Assembly (NCBI GenBank): GCA_016125355.1
Contig: WGLX01000006.1
Location: forward strand, 37,884 to 101,883
DNA: 64,000 nt
Source of the DNA: Actinomycetales bacterium
GTDB taxonomy: Bacteria; Actinomycetota; Actinomycetes; S36-B12
Direction of reading: 5' to 3'
The position numbers and the translations under genes are program-made. The notes under the pieces were generated by a model. The model ran no database searches. It had not been told where the DNA came from and saw only the letters and a program-made list of their open reading frames with translations. Below are positions 28,396-35,520 of the stretch, piece by piece; position 1 is the first letter of the stretch; every line of letters begins with the position of its first letter.

Positions 28396-30030
28396 TCAGC
28401 TGGCGCTCACGGCGACAGACCCCGACCCCGTGCCGCTGCAGTTGGCCGCCTGGTAGCTGAAGGAGATCGTCCCGCTGGCCGGGCCGGCGACGGGTGCGTG
28501 CCAGACGATGCGCGGCGGGGAGGCCTTCCAGTCGATGGTCCCGCTGCCCGCGGCTCCCGAGAAGCCGGCGCCCGTCAGGCGCGGCGAGGCCACGGAGGCC
28601 GGGAAGAGGTCGGCATCGGTGAGGATCAGGTCGCTGCCGAGCGGTGTCGAGGCCCGTGGCAGGGTCAGGGCCTTGCATACCGGGATCGCCGTGGGTGTCG
28701 GCGTCTGCGCGGCCACGTAGGTGACCGCCTTCTTGAGCTCGCCGGGCGGCTGCTTCGGATTGGTCACGACGACCACGGCCGGCCCAGGCGAACCGGCGGG
28801 CGCGACAGCCCGGATCTCGGTGTCGCTGACGACCTTCACCTTGCTGGCCTTCGCCCCATCCACAGTCACCACGGCACCGTCCACGAAACCGGTCCCGGTC
28901 ACGGTGATGTCCACCCCGCCGGTGTCCGGGATCTCAGCAGGAGACACGCTCGTCACCGTCGGTGCCGCCACGTACTCGAATGCGCCGTCCAGGATCGCCG
29001 CAGGCATTCCCGGGTTCCTCACCGCCACCTGGACGAGGCCCGGGGAATGGGAGGGCGTTGTCGCCCGGATCCGCGTGGCGCTGAGAACGGTGACCTTCGA
29101 GGCGGCCGCGCCACCGATCGCCACCTGGGCACCCGGCTTGAAGCCGCTGCCCACGACCGTGATGCGGGTGCCCCCACCCTGAGAACCCTGCGCCGGACGC
29201 ACGGACGACACACGACGGGGGGCCTGGTCCGCGTAGCGGAACCCCTTCTGAAGGGTCCAGGGGTTCCGGCCCGGGAGCGTCACGGACACGGGAACCCGTC
29301 CTACCCCTCCGGGCGGGGTCACGACGCGAAGGGTCTGATCATTGAGGAACACGACATCGGGGCTGATGGCCGTTCCGAACGTCACGGTCGTGCCTTGGGC
29401 CAGGTCATTCCCCTTGAGGATGACTGCCTCACCTCCCTGAGTCGAACCCACGGGAGGAACGAGTTCGGTGATGAAGTCGATCGGGACGGGGAGATAGGTG
29501 AAGGCGTTGTTCAGCGTCACCGAGGCGCCCCCCGGGTTCGTCACCACCACATCCACCGGGTACTCGCTGGAGCTTCCCGGGGTCGTGGCCAGGACAGTCT
29601 GAGCGTCCAGGACGCGCACGTCCGTTGCGGGCACCCCGTCGATCGTCACGGTCGCACCGGGAACGAACCCGGTGCCGCTGACGGTGACCTCGGTCCCGCC
29701 GGGCATCAGCCCCGTCGACGGGTTGATGGCGGTGGCCGTGAGACCTATGGCAGTGCAGGTGTTCGTCGAGGCGTTGTACGACTCCCCCTCAGCACATTGG
29801 GCTCGTGGCACGCAGGTCCACTTCGTGACGTCGAGCCATTGCTCATCAGAGCAGGATGGCACCGAGGGGCTCGCGGCAGGGCTGGCCTCCGTCTGGACCT
29901 CCTGGCTGGTCACGACGCGCCAAAGAAGGCCGGCACCGACGACGATCAGGAGGCCCACGCCGGCGATGGCCGCCCAGCCCGCGATGGTGAATCCGCGGTA
30001 GCGGGCGCGCGGTCGCTGCACCTTGGCCAT
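28396..30030 (-). CDS. Membrane-anchored IPT/TIG-repeat surface protein
   Basis: The ATG at 30030 is preceded by GAGGAG. There is an N-terminal signal anchor (FTIAGWAAIAGVGLLIVVGAGLL), a Cys-rich stalk and about 5 repeats of the IPT/TIG type (...P..G...GGT.VT.TG.GF..GA.V..GG..A..V.V.S.T.I.A..P...). The C-terminal roughly 95-aa Cys-pair module is shared with the 31000-33471 product. Confidence 0.7.
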   Translation of the reverse strand: MAKVQRPRARYRGFTIAGWAAIAGVGLLIVVGAGLLWRVVTSQEVQTEASPAASPSVPSCSDEQWLDVTKWTCVPRAQCAEGESYNASTNTCTAIGLTATAINPSTGLMPGGTEVTVSGTGFVPGATVTIDGVPATDVRVLDAQTVLATTPGSSSEYPVDVVVTNPGGASVTLNNAFTYLPVPIDFITELVPPVGSTQGGEAVILKGNDLAQGTTVTFGTAISPDVVFLNDQTLRVVTPPGGVGRVPVSVTLPGRNPWTLQKGFRYADQAPRRVSSVRPAQGSQGGGTRITVVGSGFKPGAQVAIGGAAASKVTVLSATRIRATTPSHSPGLVQVAVRNPGMPAAILDGAFEYVAAPTVTSVSPAEIPDTGGVDITVTGTGFVDGAVVTVDGAKASKVKVVSDTEIRAVAPAGSPGPAVVVVTNPKQPPGELKKAVTYVAAQTPTPTAIPVCKALTLPRASTPLGSDLILTDADLFPASVASPRLTGAGFSGAAGSGTIDWKASPPRIVWHAPVAGPASGTISFSYQAANCSGTGSGSVAVSAS

Positions 30031-30113
30031 CAATGCTCCTCATCGGACGTTCGCAGGGATCGTACGTCGGCGCACCGCACATTCGAGGAAGCAGGGCCGC
30101 TAGCCTGCGCAGC

Positions 30114-30995
30114 GTGAGCCGCCGCGGATTCGTCCTCTTCATCGCGGTCGGCCTCATCTGGGGGCTGCCCTACCTCCTGATCAAGATCGCCGTCGAGTCC
30201 ATTGAGCCGGCGTTCGTCGTGTTCGTCCGCGTGGCCCTCGGCGCGGCGATCCTGCTGCCCATCGCGCTGGCCCGCCGCCAGTTGCGTCCTCTGAAGGCCG
30301 TGTGGCGGTGGGTCGTCGTCTTCGCCCTCGTGGAGATCACCTTCCCGTTCATTGCGCTGACCTGGGCTGAGCGGCACATCACGAGCTCGCTGGCGGCGCT
30401 CCTGATCGCTGCCGTGCCCATCGTCGGCGCGATCCTCGCGTGGCGGTTCGGACTCGACACCCACTGGTCGGTCCGCCGTGGCGTGGGGCTTGCGCTCGGA
30501 CTGCTCGGCGTGGGGGCCTTGGTGGGCCTGGACGTGCAGGGGACGTCCTGGCTCGGTGTCGCAGCCGTCGGCGTGACAGTCCTCGGCTACGCCCTCGGGC
30601 CGATCGTGGTGGAGAAGCGCCTGCGGGGCGTACCCTCACTGCCCGTCATCGCGGCTTCGCTGGGCATCAACGCGATCATCTACGCACCGCTGGGCTGGCT
30701 GACTCGGCCAGAGCACCCAGTTCCCGCGAACGCGTGGGCGAGCATGGTCGTGCTCGGCCTGGTCTGCACCGCGCTCGCGTTCGTGCTGTTCTTCGCCCTG
30801 ATCACCGAGGTGGGCGCGCCCCGCGCCCAGGTGATCACGTACATCAACCCGGCCGTTGCTGTCGCCCTCGGCGTGCTCGTGTTGAGCGAGCCCGTCACGC
30901 TCGGGATCCTCGTCGGCTTCCCGATGATCCTGGCCGGCTCCTACCTCGCTACCCGCGGCGGCAACGTGCAGGTCGAGGCGGAGCCCCACGCCTGA
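30114..30995 (+). CDS. EamA/DMT-family transporter
   Basis: A 10-TM duplicated EamA pattern (FIAVGLIWGLPYLLIK...). The GTG start at 30114 is uncertain. The stop lies 4 nt from the stop of the convergent giant gene. Confidence 0.65.
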   Translation: MSRRGFVLFIAVGLIWGLPYLLIKIAVESIEPAFVVFVRVALGAAILLPIALARRQLRPLKAVWRWVVVFALVEITFPFIALTWAERHITSSLAALLIAAVPIVGAILAWRFGLDTHWSVRRGVGLALGLLGVGALVGLDVQGTSWLGVAAVGVTVLGYALGPIVVEKRLRGVPSLPVIAASLGINAIIYAPLGWLTRPEHPVPANAWASMVVLGLVCTALAFVLFFALITEVGAPRAQVITYINPAVAVALGVLVLSEPVTLGILVGFPMILAGSYLATRGGNVQVEAEPHA

Positions 30996-30999
30996 CCTG

Positions 31000-33471
31000 C
31001 TAGTTGAAATTCACGGTGAACTGACCGCTGTAGGCCAGGTAGTTGCTGCTTTCGGGGATGGTGTAGTCGATCGTGTAGGCAGCCGTACGGTTGTTGAAGT
31101 TGCTGTTGAAACTCGCGAGCCCGGTAGCGGTGTCGAACGACGAGCGCGAGCAGCCGGTCCCTGAACAAGATGACCCGTCGTACTGGATCGTGGGGATGCT
31201 GAACAGCGTGTTGACGTCGTAGGTCGGTGGAGGCTCGACGTTGTACGACCCGGAGTTGGGATACCTCGCGTTCGGGAAGGGGCCCGGGTATGGAGCCTTC
31301 GCCTTCACGCCGCTTGACGCGGTCGAGTACGGACCGGTCCCGATCGTGTTGATTGCCGCGACCCGGAAGTAGTACGTCGTCCCGTTAGTGAGGCCGGTCA
31401 CCGTGTACGTGGTCGAGGTCGAGGCAGTATTGGACGTGACCGTGGTCCACGGACCGCCGGCATTCGTGGCCCGCTGAATTGCGTAGCCGGTGATCGAGGA
31501 ACCGCCGTCATTGGCAGGCGCGCTCCAGGTAACGGTGACCTGGGTGTTGCCAGACGTGCCCGACACGCCCGTGGGTGCGTCGGGTGCGGTCGGCGCAGAT
31601 CCGGTGGCCACGTCTATCGACCCCGTCCCGGAGCCCACGCAGCTCGTGGCCGTGTACGTGAACGTCAGGGTGGCGCTCCTCGCGCCGGAGCCACCTGGCT
31701 GCCACTGGAGCGTCGTCCCGCTGACCCTCACGCTGCCGTTCCCCGACACGCTAGGACCAGAAGGAACCCCTCCCGTCACGCCGGTGCCCGCGAACGCCGA
31801 CACGTTCTGCCATGTGCTACCGGAGCTGAACCCATATTGCTTGTCGGCCGTGATGGGGCCGCATGTGGGCAGGGGCTTCCCGGACATCGCGTTCGAAGCG
31901 GCACCCGCGCCGACGGCGCTGACAGCGCGGATCTGCACGTTGTACGTGGTGCCGTTCGACAGCCCCGTGATGTTGAGCGGAGACGTCGTGCCGCTCGACA
32001 TGTCCGCCCACGACGTTCCACCATTCACGGTGTACTGGTACTTGGTGATCGCCGAACCGCCGTTCGCGCCCGCGATGAAGTCCACCGTCAACATGCCGTT
32101 CCCCGGAGTGATCGAGGTGATCGTCGGCGCAGCCGGCACACCGAACGTGGACGCCGAGACCGTGTTCGACGCTGCCCCAGGCCCAATGGCATTCACGGCG
32201 CGGATCCGCACGTTGTACGACGTGCCGTTCGACAGCCCGGTGATCGTGAGCGGAGACGACGTGCCGCCGGACATGTCCGCCCACGCCCCGCCGTTGAGCG
32301 AGTACTGGTACTTGGTGATCGCCGAACCACCGTTCGAAGCCGCGGTGAAGTCCACCGTCAACATGCCGTTCCCCGGAGTGATCGAGGTGATCGTCGGCGC
32401 CGCCGGCGCCGTGACGGGCGTGTAGATGAAGACAACGGATTCCGTCGACGACTTGCCGCCCGAGGTAACCACCACGGGCTGGGTGCCGGTGCCGGCGGGC
32501 GTAGTTGCCGTGATGGTCGTGTCATTCACCACAGTGACACCCGTCGCCGCCACGCCGCCGATGGTGACGCTCGCCCCTGGGGCGAAGTTGGCCCCTGTGA
32601 TCGTGACCGCGGCTCCGCCCGTCTGGTAGCCGGTGGACGGGCTGATCCCGCTGATCGTCGGACGGGTCGTGTACGTGAAGGTGACGGAGCCGCTGGTGGA
32701 CTGCCCGTCCACGTTCGTCACGACGACCGGCTGCACCCCAGTACCGGCAGGCGTCGTCGCCGTGATGGTCGTAGCGTTCACCACGGTCACGGTCGGCGCC
32801 GTTGCGCCTCCGAAGGTGACGGTCGCCCCGGCGGCGAAGTTGGTCCCCGTGATGGTCACCGCGTCCCCACCATCAGATGACCCGGTGCTGGGATTGACCG
32901 CGCTCATCGTCGGCGCGGCCCCGAGATACGTGTAGAGGCCCCATCCGATGTCGGACAGCCCCGCGAGGGTCGTGTCCTCTCCGGCGGCCAGGGTCGTGGG
33001 GTTAGTGACCGCGACGTCGACGGGACCGAGCGTCGTCAAGGCTGGTGTGACCGCACTCAGGGACGTGGAACTCAACCAGGAGACGGACGTGGCCGCCACC
33101 CCCCCAAAAGTCACCGTGGGGGGAGCGGGCGGGCTACCTACGCCCTTCGCGAAGCCCTTGCCGGAAATCGTCACCGACGTGGCGGCGCCCAGAGGTCCAC
33201 TCGACGGAGTCACCGAGGAAACGACGATCGGATTGGGCACGCAGGCGCCGGCCTTGAGAACCTCGTCGCCGATGCAGGCCGACGCGGGAACCCCGACTCG
33301 ACCCTCCGCCTGGTTGTATGCGTTCGTCGTTGAGGTCCGCAGGAAACCCGCAACGCCGACCATGCCGATCGCAAGAAGCCCGACCAGGATGCCGTACTCC
33401 ACCAACGTGACACCGCGATCGCTGCGTGCACGCCGAAGGAGCGCACCGAACCCCCTGCGAAGGCGCAGCAT
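31000..33471 (-). CDS. Large (about 823 aa) surface protein with an Flp/Tad-type prepilin-like N-terminus fused to IPT/TIG and fibronectin-III-like modules
   Basis: The ATG at 33471 is preceded by GGGGAGG. The N-terminus reads MLRLRRGFGALLRRARSDRG|VTLVEYGILVGLLAIGMVGVAGFL. Three to four IPT/TIG-like repeats follow, then two near-identical 90-aa FN3-like modules, a Cys-pair module, a third FN3-like module (...VTWSAPANDGGSSITGYAIQ...GTTYYFRVAAIN) and a lower-GC N/Y/S/T-rich C-terminal domain. There is no LPXTG motif. Confidence 0.75.
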   Translation of the reverse strand: MLRLRRGFGALLRRARSDRGVTLVEYGILVGLLAIGMVGVAGFLRTSTTNAYNQAEGRVGVPASACIGDEVLKAGACVPNPIVVSSVTPSSGPLGAATSVTISGKGFAKGVGSPPAPPTVTFGGVAATSVSWLSSTSLSAVTPALTTLGPVDVAVTNPTTLAAGEDTTLAGLSDIGWGLYTYLGAAPTMSAVNPSTGSSDGGDAVTITGTNFAAGATVTFGGATAPTVTVVNATTITATTPAGTGVQPVVVTNVDGQSTSGSVTFTYTTRPTISGISPSTGYQTGGAAVTITGANFAPGASVTIGGVAATGVTVVNDTTITATTPAGTGTQPVVVTSGGKSSTESVVFIYTPVTAPAAPTITSITPGNGMLTVDFTAASNGGSAITKYQYSLNGGAWADMSGGTSSPLTITGLSNGTSYNVRIRAVNAIGPGAASNTVSASTFGVPAAPTITSITPGNGMLTVDFIAGANGGSAITKYQYTVNGGTSWADMSSGTTSPLNITGLSNGTTYNVQIRAVSAVGAGAASNAMSGKPLPTCGPITADKQYGFSSGSTWQNVSAFAGTGVTGGVPSGPSVSGNGSVRVSGTTLQWQPGGSGARSATLTFTYTATSCVGSGTGSIDVATGSAPTAPDAPTGVSGTSGNTQVTVTWSAPANDGGSSITGYAIQRATNAGGPWTTVTSNTASTSTTYTVTGLTNGTTYYFRVAAINTIGTGPYSTASSGVKAKAPYPGPFPNARYPNSGSYNVEPPPTYDVNTLFSIPTIQYDGSSCSGTGCSRSSFDTATGLASFNSNFNNRTAAYTIDYTIPESSNYLAYSGQFTVNFN
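31870..32410. repeat. Two tandem, near-identical 270-bp repeats inside the giant gene (FN3-like modules)
   Basis: Long identical stretches recur at about 270-bp spacing, for example CTTGGTGATCGCCGAACC at 32041 and 32311, and GTGAAGTCCACCGTCAACATGCCGTTCCCCGGAGTGATCGAGGTGATCGTCGGCGC beginning near 32077 and 32345. The two protein modules differ at only about 15 of 90 residues. Confidence 0.85.
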
Positions 33472-33710
33472 TGAAGGCCTCCCCACGCCTATGTGACACC
33501 TTGACGATATCACGAAGAACTGGCGATAACTAGGGCAAATCGGGCATACGCGATTTGTGAGCCGACTGAGAGGATCGCCGCACTGGTGCTCCTCGCCGAG
33601 ATCGACCGCGAGGGGCGCCGGTGCTGCCCAACAGGCACTGCCCTGGCGCGAAATGCCCCACGCACATGCTGCGGGGCCGACGGCTCTGGCCGGCCCCGCC
33701 GTCGCTCACC

Positions 33711-34166
33711 TCACCTCATTGTGTCGACCATGCGCATGACCTGCGGCAGGCTGTACCCGGCGTACTCGGCCGGGATGCCGGAGACCGTCGCATCGGACAG
33801 CCGCATCGCCTGCGGAACACTCACCCCGGAATACCGGGCCGGAACACCCGACACCGTCGCGTCAGACAGCCGCATCGCCTGCGGAAGGCTGACCCCCTCG
33901 TACTGGGCCGGCACCGTGGCAACGGTCGTCGGAGCAGGCGTCGTCTGGGTGGTGCTGTACTGCCAGATTCCCATGACCAGCAGCACGATGGCCGCCAGCG
34001 TCAGGAAGATGGCCGCATACCAGCGACCGGTGTGGTCCTCCTTGGCCCGCTGCGTCGGAAGGCCGGTCGTCGGCACGGTCGGACCAGTGGTCCCAAGCCC
34101 CGCTGAGCCGACTGGGATGGCGAACAATGCTCGCCCATTCATCGTGGGAGTTGACGTGATCCTCAT
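33711..34166 (-). CDS. Small single-pass membrane protein with three C-terminal 23-aa tandem repeats, function unknown
   Basis: The ATG at 34166 lies 8 nt after GGAGGGAGG. There is a TM segment (WYAAIFLTLAAIVLLVMGIW), a Thr/Pro linker, then 3 copies of PA.Y.G.S.PQ.MR..D. The gene is co-oriented directly upstream of the giant gene. Confidence 0.65.
   Translation of the reverse strand: MRITSTPTMNGRALFAIPVGSAGLGTTGPTVPTTGLPTQRAKEDHTGRWYAAIFLTLAAIVLLVMGIWQYSTTQTTPAPTTVATVPAQYEGVSLPQAMRLSDATVSGVPARYSGVSVPQAMRLSDATVSGIPAEYAGYSLPQVMRMVDTMR
33724..33920. repeat. Three copies of a 69-bp tandem repeat, coding for the 23-aa repeats of the small membrane protein
   Basis: GACAGCCGCATCGCCTGCGGAA occurs twice, 69 bp apart, and a third diverged unit lies at the 3' end of the gene. 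Confidence 0.75.
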
Positions 34167-34301
34167 CTGAGACACCTCCCTCCTTCAGAAGGCATCCCCA
34201 CAACCATCATCACGCCGGATGGTGGGCCGCAACAGGGCCGAAGGCCCCTGAGAACGACGACATCCCGCGGATTGCTCGCGGGATGGTCGGGACGATCGAG
34301 G

Positions 34302-34374
34302 TGGAGCTGAGGGGACTCGAACCCCTGACCCCCTCCATGCCATGGAGGTGCGCTACCAGCTGCGCTACAGCCCC
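34302..34374 (-). tRNA. tRNA-Ala (anticodon GGC)
   Basis: The reverse complement reads GGGGCTGTAGCGCAGCTGGTAGCGCACCTCCATGGCATGGAGGGGGTCAGGGGTTCGAGTCCCCTCAGCTCCA. It folds as a cloverleaf with the G3:U70 alanine identity pair, the anticodon loop AT-GGC-AT and a GGTTCGAGTCC T-arm. CCA is not fully encoded. Confidence 0.9.
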
Positions 34375-34402
34375 GTGCGGGATACCGAACTATACAGGGT
34401 GG

Positions 34403-35050
34403 CTACCTATCGTCGGCGAGGGCGGTCACCGGGAGGGAGCCGGCGTTGTACTCCTGCAGGCGCCATGGTGGCCCGTATCCGGAGACGTTCTCCTGGAGCA
34501 CCGACCATGCGCAGTTGGTGAGCACTCCGAGACCCGCCCAGTACTCGGGCGGCAGCCCGATCATGGCCCCGATCGCGGCACGCGCCGCGCCGCCGTGCGT
34601 CGCGACGACGAGGGTGCGTCCGCGGGGTGTCTCCGCGAGGGCGCGATCGATCGCCGCCACCATCCGATCGGCCACCTCGACGCGTGTCTCGCCCCCGCCT
34701 GGACGGATGTCCGATCCGGAGGCCCAGCGGGCCAGGTCGTCGCCGAATCGCTCCTCGAGCTCCTGGCGCGACAGGCCCTGCCACTGCCCTGCGAACGTCT
34801 CGCGAAGGTCGGGGTCCACCTCCACCTCGAGCGCGACCCGACGGGCCAGCGCCAGCGCCGTGGAGTGCGCTCGCGCGAGGTCGGAGCTGATGATCCGGTA
34901 CGGCCGCAGATGCGCCAGTGCCTCGGCCGCAGCCTCCGCCTGAGCGAGTCCGGTCTCATCGAGCGGTACGTCGGTCTGGCCCTGGAAGCGCCGCTCGGCG
35001 TTCCAGGCCGTCCGGCCATGCCGCCAGATGACGACGCGGCGCGCGCTCAC
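34403..35050 (-). CDS. Histidine phosphatase (phosphoglycerate-mutase-like) family protein
   Basis: RHGRTAWN catalytic motif and the later ATHGGA motif. The GTG at 35050 overlaps the rsfS stop as GTGA. It sits after rsfS, as in conserved synteny. Confidence 0.8.
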   Translation of the reverse strand: MSARRVVIWRHGRTAWNAERRFQGQTDVPLDETGLAQAEAAAEALAHLRPYRIISSDLARAHSTALALARRVALEVEVDPDLRETFAGQWQGLSRQELEERFGDDLARWASGSDIRPGGGETRVEVADRMVAAIDRALAETPRGRTLVVATHGGAARAAIGAMIGLPPEYWAGLGVLTNCAWSVLQENVSGYGPPWRLQEYNAGSLPVTALADDR

Positions 35051-35439
35051 GCCCGGTCGGCGGCCGAGCGCGGACGGTTCACGGCCTCCTGCAGCGGGAT
35101 GGCCGGGCAGTCCTTCCACAGGCGTTCGATCGCATAGTGGATGCGCTCCTCGGCCTGCTGGACATGGACCACGACATCACCGAAGTCGAGAAGTACCCAG
35201 CGACCCTCCGCCTCGCCTTCACGCCGCAGCGGCTTCGCTCCCATCGCGTGCAGCCGCTCCTCGATGGCGTCGACGACTGCCCGCACCTGCCGGTCGTTGG
35301 CGGCCGAGCAGAGGACGAAGACATCCGTGATGACCAGTTGATCGCTGACGTCGAGGGCGACGATGTCCTCGGCAAGCTTGTCCGAGGCCGCTTCGGCGGC
35401 GGCGACGGCGAGGGCGACGGCGTCGGTCGTGGCGGTCAC
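35047..35439 (-). CDS. rsfS: Ribosome silencing factor RsfS
   Basis: ...EDIVALDVSDQLVITDVFVLCSAANDRQVRAVVDAIEE...WVLLDFGDVVVHV.... The GTG at 35439 is preceded by GAAGGAA. Confidence 0.85.
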   Translation of the reverse strand: MTATTDAVALAVAAAEAASDKLAEDIVALDVSDQLVITDVFVLCSAANDRQVRAVVDAIEERLHAMGAKPLRREGEAEGRWVLLDFGDVVVHVQQAEERIHYAIERLWKDCPAIPLQEAVNRPRSAADRA

Positions 35440-35520
35440 AGGATTCCTTCGGCAGGGGGATGGACCCGGCCACCCTCTCACACGGCGACCACGTCCTGCC
35501 TGCCGCCGCGGTTCCCGGCG

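Noticed and set aside
25832-28456. 874-aa ORF on the plus strand
   Set aside because: It is an antisense shadow of leuS and has no recognisable motifs.
28372-30117. 581-aa ORF on the plus strand, opposite the IPT/TIG gene
   Set aside because: The product is Arg/Gly/His-rich with no motifs. The minus-strand frame has a good Shine-Dalgarno sequence, a signal anchor and regular IPT/TIG repeats.
34175-34402. Integrase gene or att-type duplication of the tRNA-Ala 3' end marking a genomic island
   Set aside because: No integrase-like ORF is present, and I could not find a second copy of the tRNA 3' segment anywhere in 28-34.4 kb. An island origin for the locus therefore remains only an inference.
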